Notes under the pieces: generated by a model | Database searches by the model: none | The model's input: only the letters and a program-made list of their open reading frames with translations | What the model was told of the DNA's origin: nothing | Program-made: the position numbers and the translations under genes | Source: Bugula neritina | Lineage: Eukaryota; Animalia; Bryozoa | Direction: 5' to 3' | NCBI GenBank assembly: GCA_964035545.1 | Contig: OZ037765.1 | Coordinates: forward strand, 29,573,504-29,637,503 | DNA: 64,000 nucleotides | Shown: positions 1 through 14,102 of the stretch, piece by piece | Position numbering within the stretch: position 1 is the first letter of the stretch | How the letters are laid out: each line of letters begins with the position of its first letter

Positions 1-3000
1 ATGTTCACATCCATACCATTCAGAGCAACGTGCAGAGAACCAGCTAGGTGCCTTTGTCCCTTGAGCTCTCCGTGAATATCAAGTTCAACTTTATATGTTG
101 TGACTGCACAATAGAGAAGAGGTTGTTAGTTGACTTGGTATAAAGCCATAAGTAGTGACACACACATAAACACAATCAGCTTGAAGGTGATAAGAACTGT
201 GTCTATCACGACGAACTCGAGATAAGAGTTGAGATAATTTAGACCATAAATTACTCAAACTACAATCTAAATAGACTTGCCAGGCACAACTAAATTATAC
301 AAGTAGTGTGTATTAAATATTTCCAAGTCTTGTCAAATGATTATTTAAATATAACCAAATTAATTAAACACTAAAATAAAGTGGGGATCATGTCACGTGC
401 TTTCCCATTGGTTCCAGGCCAATCTGTAGGTATACCTTCTACATGTGACCTTATGTTCCACTACAGTAAATGACTTACACTTTCCGCCAGCCTTTCGTAT
501 TTCCGTGTTCAAGTCTATTGTACACTGTCCCAGCAGAGTGTCAGTCCTTACTGCGTTCTTGTTCATCACTTTGAATATCAGCTTACTATACGGCGTGACA
601 AGTCTGTAATACAGTATACTATATGTGTAATAAGTCTGTAATATAGTATAATATATGTGTAACAAGCCTGCAGTACAGTATACTATACAGTGTAACAAGT
701 TTGCAATGCAGTTGAAAATACTATAATACAACATAGTAACAAATATTACTAATACAAACCCCTCTCTATATACCTTATAAATTACTAAGATTTTGATTTT
801 CAATTCCAATTAGAAAACTCACTAAAAACATCCTTTTTAGATAAGATCAAGTTTAGTTGATACAAAGTGGCTGTGAGATAATATAGATTGCATCAGAAAA
901 GAAGTTCTGTAATAACATACAATTATATTGCTAACATCACGGACATACACAATGCCTACAATAAATATATGATATGTACATACGAACTAGTACATAATAA
1001 CTATCACCGTAAGTGTTTAACCATGTTCATAGAATATAATTAGTGACTCCAGCAAAATTATTAGAATGTTTAGCGATAAATCTGATCATTTCTACAGCTA
1101 TTCAGTCAAACTTATAGTTCAGTCATACCTACAGTTAGTCAAACTTATAGGTTAGTCATACTTATAGTTTAGTTATACTTATAGTTTAGTCATACTTATA
1201 GTTCAGTCATACTTATAGTTCAGTCATACTCATAGTTCAGTCATACTTATAGTTCAGTCATACTCATAGTTCAGTCATACTTATAGTTTAGTCATACTTA
1301 TAGTTTAGTCATACTTATAGTTTAGTCATACTTATAATTTAGTCATACTTATAGTTTAGTTATACTTATAGTTCAGTCATACTCATAGTTCAGTCATACT
1401 TATAGTTCAGTCATACTTATAGTTTAGTTATACTTATAGTTTAGTCATACTTATAGTTCAGTCATACTTATAGTTCAGTCATACTCATAGTTCAGTCATA
1501 CTTATAGTTCAGTCATACTCATAGTTCAGTCATACTTATAGTTTAGTCATACTTATAGTTCAGTCATACTTATAGTTTAGTCATACTTATAGTTCAGTCA
1601 TACTTATAGTTTAGTCATACTTATAGTTTAGTCATACTTATAGTTTAGTTATACTTATAGTTCAGTCATACTTATAGTTTAGTCATACTTATAGTTCAGT
1701 CATACTTATAGTTCAGTCATACTTATAGTTCAGTCATACTTATAGTTTAGTTATACTACTATTGAATAACCTCTGGCAAACAATCAACAATTCTATTCAG
1801 GATCATGTGATGTAATCCAATAAAACTCAGTTTCAACTTTATGCAATTTACTACACTATATTAGTGTAGTAAATTTTATATAATATACTAAACTGTATTA
1901 GTGTAGAACATTGTATATAGTGTATTACACAGTGTTAGTGTAGTACATTGTATATACAGTATAATATTATATTAGTGTAGTACAATGCAAATATACTACT
2001 TAATTATATAAACACTACACTGTGTTGCTGTGGTACATGTATTGTATGTAATGTAAAAACTAAATGAGAGCCTTCCTAACCAGGTAATATAATTATTGTA
2101 CTTCACACAAGTGCTAAATGTGTTCAATGAAGGGCAAGGGGCCAAGACATACATTTGCTGCTATGAAAATAAGCTAATAGCCAGAAAAGTGCAAATATAC
2201 AGAGGTTTGATGTCGACTTACACAGTGAATATGTCATCCCATTTTGGGGAGGAATTCTTCTTGATCACCTCAGTTCGCCTGGAGGCCTGGCCATCTATGC
2301 AGAGCTCTATGTAGGCATCTGGTTTAGAACTAAAGAGGGCAGGTGTGTTGGTGATCTCTGCATTAGATACTGTAACCATAGCAACAGAGTGTCAATAAAC
2401 AAGAAAAGAAAGTCTAAAGAAATCGCCAAGACAGAGTGGTTATAAACCATAAACAATTGTATTATCAAATACCATAATGTGACAGAAGGCCATAAAATTG
2501 TTTTCAGAAATAAGGCACACTCATTGTGAGTTACTGTCACTGCAATGAAATATAGTGTGGCATTGCCTAATCCAAAGATAAGTTGTATATGTTCCAATTA
2601 CACTACAATATGTGGCAATGAAATCAGAAGCTTACTACTAGTACGGAGGCATTCTGAAGATATATTTACTAATTATTACGGCAATGAGGAAGTGTTAACA
2701 GTAACAATTGTATGATTTCTATTCCGAGTCATATGATTGCAAGAGCGTGGAAGCCATCATCTCCTTGAACTATCTATTAGCTGACTGATGTTTTTCCTGT
2801 ATCATTTTAAGATGACTATAAACCATTTACATGAGGGAATTGATTGGCCAGCATATTTGTTTAGTCATGAAGGGAAGGGTTCTACTTCTAGTTAGACTGG
2901 TCATTGAACTGTTACCCAATACTAGCTACTCACTAGCAACAGAGAGTAGTACTAACACAATTACTAGCAATAGTGAGTAGTACCAACACAGTTACTAGCA

Positions 3001-3451
3001 ATAGTGAGTAGTAATAACACATTTACTAGTAACAGTGAGTATTACTAACACAGTTACTAGCAACAGTGAATAATACTAACACACTCACTAGTCACTGGTA
3101 ACAGTGAGTAGTAATAACACACTTACTAGTAACAGTAAGTTGTACTAACACAGTTACTAGTAACAGTGAGTAGTACTGGTAGCTTATTGTTGGCAACAGT
3201 GATTATTTTTATGACCTTGTTGTAGTGATAACAGAATAGCAGGGGAAACAATTGAGGCACAGCAAGTTACACTAAAACTAAATATTTATTTACGATGAAT
3301 ATGGCAGGTTTTTTGCCAAAATATTAGTATTTATAAAGCATCAACTAAAAACTAGCTCAAGCACAGCTACTAGTACTTGGAATAGTGCTTGGGTATTCAA
3401 GTGCAAAATTTACTTACTTGTAACGTTGAGTTGAGAGAATGTAGTATCCAT
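1..3451 (-). CDS. NEDD4-family HECT E3 ubiquitin ligase (ITCH/WWP1/Su(dx)-like), N-terminal C2-domain exons; gene continues beyond the left edge
   Basis: complement(join(<1..103,479..603,2222..2369,3418..3451)), all GT-AG and phase-compatible. Translation: MDTTFSQLNVTISNAEITNTPALFSSKPDAYIELCIDGQASRRTEVIKKNSSPKWDDIFTVLVTPYSKLIFKVMNKNAVRTDTLLGQCTIDLNTEIRKAGGKFTTYKVELDIHGELKGQRHLAGSLHVALNGMDVN. This resembles the ITCH/WWP1 C2 domain as I recall it (SQLQITV, Y.E..VDGQ, SPKW, VTP.SKL.F.V, D.LLG). WW and HECT domains are outside the window. Confidence 0.85.
1101..1757. repeat. 17-bp minisatellite (AGTTYAGTCATACTYAT)n, about 38 copies, intronic
   Basis: Direct head-to-tail repeats with C/T variants and no unique spacers. 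Confidence 0.95.
2931..3180. repeat. Degenerate ~31-bp minisatellite (TTACTAGYAACAGTGAGTAGTACTAACACAG), about 8 copies, intronic
   Basis: Recurrent ACTAGYAAYAGTGAGTAGTA(C/A)TAACACA units. Confidence 0.8.
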
Positions 3452-6400
3452 GACCTGTTATATGACAGACACTACCTGTAACATTAAAATTATACAGTAT
3501 TTGAGTTTCAAAGTGATAGACTCTAGTACTTAACAAAATTTTATTAGATTAATAAACAAATCATCAAGTACAGCAAAGACTTGAGGGACTTTAATATCCC
3601 ATGCTTTTCAATTATTATTAAGACTTTTGGTTTAGAACCAAACTAACTTCTGCTATATTTCTCATCTTGAACACAGGTTTCCCCCTAATTTCTCCATTAC
3701 TACACCAACTAACAAGAGTTAAAATAAAGTAGTTCACAACCTAGCGACTAATATGAATAAACAATTTCTTATATTAAAAACATCTACTAGCTCCACTCAC
3801 ATAGCAAAACTATCGTTGAGGTACACTTAAATGTACCTACAACAGTAGCTAGCTTGTTACACCTGTTAAGGGTGGTACTAGCTACAACGCACACAGTGTA
3901 CATACCATAGATGTGCAAAGCAGGTCCAAGTTATGCTGGTTAGTTACTTCTAAGGCATCAGTTCACATCATCTTAGAGCCCTCTTTACTCGCTGAAACTA
4001 AAAACAGCTCTGTATTAGATTTTTGCTATACTCAATGGTCAAAGTGAGGGGGTCCCTCGGACCCCCACTCTTTTCTCCAAACCTTGATCACTGGCTATGC
4101 TGCACACTAGTTGACATCATTATATAAGAAATGTGAGAATTCCTAGTCTAGCTGTGGTGTGGCTATACTGTGGTTTATGATACCCTTGAAGGCCAAGTTG
4201 TGATATCACTGAGCACATTGCAATAATGGAAAGACTCGCATTGCACAGATAAACAGTTAGGGAACCTAAGATAAGGTTACGTAAAGGTAGATGGTTGATC
4301 ACATGACTGTGACTATAATGCAGTGGTGAGTAGAGTAATGTAACAAACTACATAAGCTACTGTGGCTTGTGATGGCAATGAAGATTTATTGTGGTACATG
4401 TTCCTTTGTACCAGCTACAACCTGACTTTCTAAGACCTAGTCAGTGTCACACTATATACTCCAACTCATCTGATAAGCAACTAAACACTAGTTAAGTTAG
4501 GGTCAACCTATATTAAAAAAAGTAAACTCTAGCAACCTTACATTCCAACTTGTAAACACCGTCAAATACTGTCGGCCATAAATGGTTTTTAAAAGGTTTC
4601 TAATGAGCTGCCAGAGAAAGGGAAGGTAACTTATTCAAGAATAAAATACAGTTGAAATATTTCAAGTTCTACTTTTCTTTAGTTAAGTAAGGTTGAGATA
4701 GGTTTGTGTCTTACTTTATACTTAACTATAGTGTACAAAGATATTTTCGTAATACTTTCATCAACCTCCCAATTATTTGAATACAACATAGAAAATTAAT
4801 TTGCAATCAACCTTAATATCCCAAAGAAAAGTATAGCATAAACAAGTATTGAGATTAAAAAATTAACAATGACAATAATTACATAACTGCAATACTGAAC
4901 AGCTTTAAATTTGGTTTAAAAGTACCATCCAATGATATGCCAACACCAAACTGAAATACTTAACATTTGTTAACGTTCCAACTACAGTAGATCTAGTTTA
5001 TACTTCAGAAACCTGCTATCCTGATGAACACAGTCACTTCTGAATGCTATATTTTTGCTTGAATTAACCCAACACACTACAGGTGAAATCCTAATCTATT
5101 AAAAGCTCCGTATAGCTTTGATAAAAAGCACCATTTCAAGATGTCAAAACAAAGCATTGTCCCGGTAAAAAGGCAGTTTTTTCAAGCCTAGCATAAAACA
5201 TTTTATCATGTGTACAAGCAACTAATTATTTGACCGTATGGGTTTCAATGACATCACAACTTGGTTGGTGTTAATATGTACGTAATCTTAACTTAGGCAT
5301 ACAGTGAGCAATAAAATGACAATAGCAAATACATACAAAGATATCCAGGAGATTGAGACTTTAAACAAACATGAGTTAGACTACTATTAACATAATTTAA
5401 TAACGTATATAACCACAACATATAATTGTAGCTGTAACTTCATTGATGTGCAGGTGCCATGGTATTTATAGTCAAAGACAAAAAACAGTATGAAAATCAA
5501 AATCATAATGAGTGCAAGAACAAGCAATCATATCTGTTCTTGCTATCAGTCGATGATCACTATCAATAAGTTACCACCAAAGTATCAAAAAGACAATGAC
5601 TAAGTCATTCATAGTAATTGTGACTCCAAGTAACAGTGTGTCTATACCTATGAAAGTAATTGTCACTAGTGACATATATTCCGTCTTCCTTAAAATGAGT
5701 ATCAACCTTACAATGAGCATCAAAGTGAGAGAGATATTCATATCAAGCCTGAAACATCAGACTCTCGGTGAAACATATAGTTAGGTTTACAATTACCGAG
5801 TTCTTTTATGGAATGATTTCTTATTGACATAAACCTAACAGTAAGTAAGTATAGGTATAACTAAATCTTAAAACTATTGCTTTGTGTATGTCTCTAATAG
5901 TAATTATTAGAATTTATTATATAAGTTTATTATAACCACTACATTACATTTACTGCCTAAATTAACTGAATCACTCGTTTACTTGTAGCTTTAGTTATTG
6001 AATTCAATGTGCATATTACAAGGATTTATAAGACTAAGGTGTAAGAGTAAGACTAAGAGTCTCTGAAATACTCAGCTCATAGATTATAGTAGGTCCCATT
6101 AGCATATTGAATTTAAATTTAATATCCATATTGATATTGAATAATTCACATTTGATTTATATATTGATGAGCATAACCATTAACCATGTTCATATTCATG
6201 CTCACTGATGCTGGTATTCATATTGATATTCCTATTATATGAATAATCATATTGATGGCACAGTCACAAGTGATAGTCATAGTGATAGTGATTCAGATTT
6301 TTAATATGATTATCACTATAATACCGATGGCTATGGTTAGTATTACTAAGAGTAAGTGATAATTAGTAAATTACTAACGCTAAGTGATAGTCATATATCT

Positions 6401-7161
6401 ATAATCTAGTTATATTGGTACTGATACTGTCACTGATAGTCATACTCATAGTAATAGTGGTGGTCATGGTGACTATGAGTATCAGTACGACTGAGACTGA
6501 GTATCACTATCACTATGACTATCCCTATCACTATTGGTATTACTATTACTATTAGTATTACTATTACTATTAGTATTAGAGTATTAGTATCACTATCAGT
6601 ATGATATTGATATTCCTATTGGCTATTTGATAGCCATGGTGATAATTAAAGTTAAACTTAATCAATATCAATCAAAATCATAAACTTAAAGCGATAATGA
6701 CAGTGCCCGCAGTGGTAATCATAATGATAATAATTAATGTTTATGTTAAATGTGAATATCTTTAACTTCAAGTTTATCCAAATCTTAACACAGCTAATGC
6801 TATAGCCGTAGCACTAGCCATAGCATGACACCTTTACTTCTACTCATAATAGTAATACTTTTATTCTAATTTTTGTCTTTTACTTCAACTTTAACTTTAA
6901 GTTTAAGTTTTACTTCAACTTTTAATTCTACTTCTAGACTTGAATTGTTAAAAACACAAATAATATTAATAATAATATTAAATATCAAATTTAATAAAAA
7001 TAATTAGAGTAGGGTATCATTAATTTTGCTGCAGCTTAAACATAATATAATAACTATAAACTTAAATACTACAGACTGAATCAGTACCACTTCCATGGTT
7101 TCACCATATTATTATTGTAAATATTAGTGTATATATAATAGTCATTTGACTTCGGATAACA

Positions 7162-7171
7162 GTCACGTGAC
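7162..7171. promoter_or_regulatory. Palindromic GTCACGTGAC (E-box/CLEAR-type MiT/TFE or USF site) between two divergent genes
   Basis: Exact 10-bp palindrome in otherwise CpG-poor DNA, upstream of both the E3 ligase (minus) and the plus-strand gene. Function is not demonstrated. Confidence 0.3.
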
Positions 7172-9907
7172 CTTCCTTAATCGTTACACTGCAAATTTTC
7201 TAGTTCGAAAAATTTTGAGTGTACAACTCCATATAATTTCAAGAGTCCTACGCATTTGCAAATCGAATACCAAGTAGCAGCTTATAACTTACAAGCATAC
7301 TGTAGTAATAAATATTATAATCGTAAATATTTGCTCAACCTTTTATAATCGTTTTTTACTACAGCAACCAACTAATAATGGCTTTTATTATCTTATCATC
7401 TAGCAAGTTCACAGTTCACCTCAACATCTTATAGCTTTGCATGTAATTGTTTATGTTGTGCCTTTTTATTAAAGATTCAGTTTTTCACACTTTCTACTTC
7501 ATTCAATATTAATTACTAGTTCTTTTAATATTTGAATTATTTCATTTCTCGCAACCTTATGTGGCCATATAGTTCCAAAGTTATCATAGTTATATTATCA
7601 ATTTGTGCTAACTTTTTTTTGCAAGTACTTCACTTTTCAATCACTTAAATGCTTGTCTAAAATCATTTTTGTACATAAACAAACGTATACCATCTTCAAT
7701 GTTTTAGTATTGAAATATTATATAAGAAACTAAATCTTGCTGTGGGTTATATTCATCTTTATTGTTGCAAGCATTTTTGTGGTACCTGCAGACTCTTGTC
7801 AACTCTACTATCAATTCTATACTTTTTCTATTTTCTTTTCAACATAAATCATGCATCCTTCATTTTTCTGAAGTACTTTAATACTATTTTTAGACTGTTT
7901 AGTGTTACAATTTCTTTAATAGGCAGGCCATTATAACATAACATGTTGTAGTTTTAAATCTTTACCTGAGATGCCTTTTCTGTTGCTATTACTTAATGCT
8001 TATAACTGGTTATTATACACCAGTTACCAATACATTAGACAACATGTAGGTATGTTATATTGTAGCATTTATGTTTCTAACAACTTATAACTGTTGAAAT
8101 ATTAGAACGAACTCTAAATTATCTGCATTCTATGTTTCGATCATTGCACTCTGTTGATATTTCACTCAGGCTTTGGCCAGATTATGGGGGCGTATTTTTC
8201 ACCACCCGAGATGTCATGAGTTAAGAGAGCTGAGATCGGTCATGAACTAACAGTTACTGTGTATAATCTGATGCAACTAATAGAGATTTGACTCTCGAAT
8301 TCAGTACGCTGGTTTATACTTTATAATAACTCTATTTTCATTGCGTTGCTATAATTTTTTATTTCATTTATTATTATAAACCATTTTTTTTTGAAAAGTT
8401 ATAACTTAAAAACTATACCGTTTAAAACTTATAGCATAGAGAATGTTGTTGTTATTTGAAAACAGTTTTGTTCAGTTATAGGTGAAAAATAATCCGTAAA
8501 TATAACCACAACACAATCAAACAATTACATTTATGAGTCATAATAATGAGTAATTAATATATAATTTGTGAAGAATTTAAAAATTAAAACTGAGAAACTA
8601 TGAAAATATAATAGCTATAGTTACTTGGAACTGTACTATAAATTGTAAGTTACATCATTATAAATTATGGAGATATGTATGATTTTGCAAATAATTAATT
8701 ATAATGATATATTAGAAATAAGAACATGGTAGTATTCTTGGAGTCATCTTTTCTTGGTTTTGGCATAAAGCAAGTGCTAGTGCCTAATATTGAATGCCTT
8801 CACTGATTACACTGTATTGAACACATTACATACCAGCATCTACACTACACTTATAGCTGTGAATAGAGTTCCTATCCAACGAAATTATTATGTAAAAGCT
8901 GGTGCATCCAATTTATTAGGTCCATGTAAAAGCCTGCTTGCTAAATTAGCTATTGATTGATTGCTTAGAACTTTTATTGGTAAACTTAATTGATTGTTGA
9001 TGCTAAGTATATGTGGCATTGCTGATTTTGACACCTTTAAAATATGCCTATTCAACTGCTATAATGCATAATAAATATTCTGATTATACTGCAAGTCCTT
9101 AAAATAACAATTTTTGTTATAAAGTAAAAGTGGCCCAATAGAAAGCAAACACTAACCTGAATAAGCTATAATAATAGAAATTGGTAACAAATCATATTCA
9201 GAGTTACTTCATGTTAAGTAACTGCATTTACTGCGTTGTGACATGCTCTATTACCTTTATATACACTTCTCTTGATAGATCAACTGGATATTTTACAGAA
9301 TGCCAACATATAATATCAAAATATATGGAAGGTTTGTTATTGTATTAATTAATGTTACATGCACTTAAATTATTGTGAATTCAAAAGGTAGATGTGGTAG
9401 AATGTCAAGGTAAGATGGGGTTGTCACGTCCCACCCTCTCTCAGCTTCACTTAGCAAATATAGAATTGGGAAAGTAGATGTGCTAGCATGTTGCTTTACC
9501 ACCTTTCTCTCACTACTTGAGTATACAACACAATGCCATTCACTTTATACTGTGATTAAAGCTTATCATAAAGTTCTCTAAGATCTGGAGTATTATAGTT
9601 GACATTTGCTAGCTAGCAACCTAAGAAAGGGAAACTTGTGCGTAGATAAGTAGTGCAGCAGACATGTACAACAAATACTGCTTAGACTGGCAGCAGTTTA
9701 AAATATTATAGCAGTAGTCAGAGTTCAGATTAAGTTTTATGGTTGAGTTTTCTCTAATTTGTCTGGGTTTAAAATTTGTTTGTTTGTAAACACAAAACTT
9801 TTCACACCATTCACTGGAATTAACACACCACTAACAGCTATTTGCATATCTATATCTATCATAAGTTGGATTTTAAACTTTCCTAATACTATTTCTGTAT
9901 TTCAAAG

Positions 9908-12900
9908 GGTAAAACCGAGAGGTTTGCCAGAGGTTGGTCAGATGGCATCTCCATCTACTGCCCCAGAGTACATATCCAAGGTGAGAGATGCATATACACC
10001 ATTCAGACTACCTAAACTTTATCCTATGGGAGAGGATGATCAGAGTCCTCCTTCTGAATCTGTAGCCTCCTTCTTCCCAGGCCATGAATACCTCACTCCA
10101 TCTCCAGACCTCCTCAATTACAGAATGTGAGTATTTAGTTCTTACCTGAAATGGAATGCTTATAGTTTACCTGAAATGAAATGCTTAGAACCAACTGGTC
10201 AAAACTTTAATAGATATATTGTAGTATTGAAGTCACCACAGTAGCCCCTGAGGTGCAACGGTTAGTGTGTCGGTGTGCAACCTGGAGGTCTATGTCCGAA
10301 TCCTAGTGGGGACAGAAGCTTTATATATATAAATGTGTCTTCAACTTTATTGTTTGACAATGATATTTACATAACATTATCTTTAGTGTCTGAACTATAT
10401 AATATTGTCACACAACCTACACAATACTTTGGTTGTGAAATAGCTATGGTTTATAGACTAAGGTCTCATTTTCATCAAGCCAGTTTTGGTTGCACACATG
10501 TGTTCTAAAACTGTATATATTTTCAATTTTTGTTAAAAATTATACGATTTCCTACCATCAGTTGAGATTAATTTGTTAAATGAAAGCAATTCATAAAACA
10601 ACCATGTTTTGTAGTATACATAGTTATTATTAGAACCTGTATTGACTTAGCTTTGTTAAAAGCGGGTTATCTTCTTTCAAACTACAGGTTTTCAGGCAAG
10701 TTTTGAAGTAGATACAATTTGTCTCCATAGTGCATGCAAATTTTTTGTCTATATTATAGCTAGCTCTCAGTATTTAACTATGCCATACTTGAAAAGGGGT
10801 GTAGTTAGTTCAGCTTAGCTTAGGTTTGTAATATTTGATTTGATGTTAGGATTTAGGATTTTAGATAAAAATGGCACAGGTAAAAATGGTATTGTAAAAA
10901 TCGCACAGGTAATAATGGCACAAATGGAAAAGTAGGAAAAAATGGCCCACTGATGTTAAATGTTTCTAACCCCAAAATCCAAATCCCCAACCCTTAAACC
11001 CCACGGTTTTTGTAAACTGCGTAAACGTAAAACGGAAAAAAGTGGCGGAAACGTAAACAGGAGAAAACAACTCAGAAAAACTCTTAACGACTAATTTAAA
11101 ACATAAAATCCTGCTTCGTGAGCGTGGCCTAATATCGACAAAATCCAAGTCGTCGGCGCACAAAGAGTTTAGTTACACAACTAGTTTTCATTATGGTGTT
11201 GACAATTAAATTTTTACCTGCTTAATAATGAACTTGCAAACTACAATAGCGAGCCCAATAATTGTTATTCTAATAGTTGCATCGATACCATGACTACCCA
11301 CCAAAACCATCGATATTTTACTATTTAGTTTTTCAACGAACATTCGTACGACTTGAAGTTATTTAGCCTACATATTATTATCTTTTTATCAAACTTTTAG
11401 TTAAAATAAAAGTTTATCCTATTACAGATTACAGTAAAAATAACCCAATAATTATCGATGCATGTATGATGTAATTATTTTACCAAAAATATTGTCAAAG
11501 TTATCACATTGATGTTCGTCGTTATTTTCCAACTTCAACTACATAAAGTAGAAGTATCATTATTATTTATAGTAAAAGGATGCTATTTTAAATAGTTTGA
11601 CCCAATAGGTAAAATTTTATCAAATAAATTATTTTATAGATAAATATTTCATAAACAAAGTTAATACTTATTAGTTGAGATGCAAAACCTTTTAGCTTTG
11701 TGCATAAGTGTTTTGCTTCCACTACCTCAAACTTTGGCCTTGTACTCAAAACTTTGATTACTCACCATTAGTACTACGAGTAAATCAACAACTATGGCTG
11801 CAAACCTGTTTTAAATTGTAAGCAGATTGAGCTTACCCATCTCTAGCTTTAATCGTTATATTGGAAAGTCGAAGTGAAAATTTTGGGTTCAAGCAAAAAG
11901 ATGTAAGTTTTAGAGCAGTTCAGTTGAAGGGTTGCACTTGTAGAGTGGAAGATATCACGTTGGTTGTGAGGGATGAAATAGACTAAGTACTTAACACGTT
12001 GCCGAGGTTTTCTTAATGCAAGATTATTTTAATAATAGAGTTGTGTCATTTTTCAACTAAAACCTATGCTTCGTGCATACACAAAAGTATTACGCAGCGA
12101 ATGCTAAAAATATTGCTCGGTTGAATACTTTTCCGCCGTTTTTGCAGAAATTTCCGCTTTTCCGTTTACGCAGTTTACAAAAACCGTAAACCCCAACCTT
12201 AAACCTAAACCCCCACCCCAAATTCTAATATTGAAAATGTGCCATATTTTACCTACTTTGCCATTAGTGCTATTATTACCTCTCCCATTTTTACCGGACA
12301 CCTGTACCTTTATGTAGGTCAAGTGACTTACTGCAGATGTCCGGTTCTCCATTGAGGGTACCTGTAAAGTCTTCATTTGATTACCCAAGACTAAAACATG
12401 CAATAATAGCACCAAAAGCGGCCATTACTTTCACTAAATCTGGCAGACCTCAACTCTCAAGGTAATATAGTTACATGTAAAAGCAGTTATTGTGGAGAAA
12501 TTGAGATAGCCTGAGTTCTTTAACTTTTATTATTAAATTTTGCTACATCTCTAATCTAGTTAACACAGGCTTTTTTCAATTTCTTCATTACGGCACCTAT
12601 ACCTATATAGTTAAGAGCTGTTTAAAAAGCATATGTTTTTCATTTTATTGCGATTATATATAATTTGCAAATCCATTTAAAGTACTTTTTGAATGTCATT
12701 GCAATTATGTATACACTACTATAATACACATGTTGCTTTTGTTAATGTTTATTTGTTATATATCCTAATATTTATAAGCTATATATGCCAAATAACATAA
12801 CATATTATTTTGTTTTTTGTTTGTCATTAGTATCGAAAAACAACAGAGCACATGATTAATAATTTTTGAGTAATTTGCTATTTTTCAAGATACAACATAA

Positions 12901-13211
12901 TATATTTTATTTTAACTGCCTTATCTTTATCACTTAAAACATGCTACAGTCATTTCTATGTATGAATATTCGCTTTATTTGTTTTGACAGCTTTCAGCTG
13001 TCAAAACTGCTGTTACAAAATAATTGCTAAACATGTTATTCAAGAACTGTCATTTCCCAACTCACGCTTTAGGTATGAAAACTTTCCAATCAGATCGCGG
13101 ATGGTGAGGCCTCAGACGGCCCTCTCAGATACTGGCAGTATTCATTGGGCCCTTGGCACTAAGGAAAGTGTGAACTTTGATCATACTGTAAGTTGCCTCA
13201 TTTATAGATGA
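9908..13211 (+). CDS. Uncharacterised spliced protein-coding gene (internal and 3' exons; 5' end uncertain)
   Basis: Exons 9908..10126, 12318..12461 and 13073..(13187 donor or 13211 stop) are AG/GT-bounded, GC-richer than their flanks, and join in phase 2 without stops: VKPRGLPEVGQMASPSTAPEY...PDLLNYRM/SSDLLQMSGSPLRVPVKSSFDYPRLKHAIIAPKAAITFTKSGRPQLSR/YENFPIRSRMVRPQTALSDTGSIHWALGTK. No domain recognised. Confidence 0.55.
10244..10314 (+). mobile_element. Degenerate tRNA-derived sequence (SINE head or tRNA pseudogene)
   Basis: A-box-like GAGGTGCAACGG, degenerate B-box GTCCGAATCC, and GCCCC...GGGGAC acceptor-like ends over ~70 bp. Confidence 0.4.
10856..12302 (+). mobile_element. MITE-like element (GGATTTTAG..AAAAATGGCAC ... 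CCATTTTTACCGGACACC family), interrupted by a nested element
   Basis: Same ends and AACCCC/AACCCT-rich core as the copies at 16604-16858, 33891-34082 and 34330-34652. Confidence 0.75.
11004..12186. mobile_element. Non-autonomous DNA transposon with 24-bp perfect TIRs and 9-bp TSD (Mutator-like by TSD length)
   Basis: CGGTTTTTGTAAACTGCGTAAACG at 11004-11027 and its reverse complement ending at 12186. TAAACCCCA is duplicated at 10995-11003 and 12187-12195. No transposase ORF. Confidence 0.85.
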
Positions 13212-14102
13212 TTTGCTCTTTATGAGAGAGTCGATAGTTCAAAGGTTAAATGAGAAAACTAGATCTGACAGAAAACTAAGCTGTGCTCATAAGCTCATGC
13301 GCATATTATCATCAGTAAAGCTTCTTAGTACTTATAATAGCATTAAATTATCACACCTATAAGCCATGTTAATGTAGGCAGAACATAAACATAGATATAA
13401 AATAGATATTCAACATATTATAACAAGCTGTGTATATATTTGCACAATGAGAACATTATCATATCAACTATGATGGAATAGAGTAATGTGTCATTAGCTG
13501 TTGCTATGGCTACAAGACAGTGTTATAATGTAATGTTAACTTCAACACCAAGTTTAGTTTAATTTCACCTAAAGAGACAAAGATACAAATGTGAATTATA
13601 AGAATATTATAAAATTTGTTTTTGAGGAAAATATAAATAGTTGCATATGCTGGGTTTTAGGGACGATGCCGACAGCAAGGGCCGTATTCTAGAAGTTTTA
13701 CCAAGAAATGTATGGCACCGCCAAACTGGGTCAAGATGAAGTATGGTAGATCCAACACATTTGTATCGTAGAATAAAAAACTATACAGTATTATAATAAA
13801 AGTACTATTATATTAGACCATTATCATACAGCAATAATGCGCATGTTATATAGGTTTAACTGAAGAAAGTGAAACTTAAATTTTTTCAAATAAGAAAAAA
13901 TATGATATAATATTGTAAGCCTGTGGAAGCTTCAATATTCAATATTATTATATATGTACATTAATTAGCATATTTTTACCAAATAAAGTTTACGCTGGTT
14001 ATTGTACTACATATGTTATTTGCAACTAATAAATATTGCATTTGAGTTACTGAATAGCTTTATATTCTTTCACTATAACTTTGCTGAAAATTTTATACAT
14101 AC

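Noticed and set aside
393-809. 138-aa single ORF
   Set aside because: Only 479-603 is exon (C2 domain); the rest is intron read-through.
1101-1757. Possible CRISPR-like array
   Set aside because: Contiguous 17-bp units with no unique spacers, in a eukaryotic intron, with no cas genes.
5400-7100. Cryptic 6-bp-periodic low-complexity tract (ACTATT/ATATTG-like) and short ORFs
   Set aside because: Degenerate simple sequence with no splice-consistent coding signal.
10244-10314. Functional tRNA-Cys
   Set aside because: B-box and stems are degenerate; better read as a SINE head or pseudogene.
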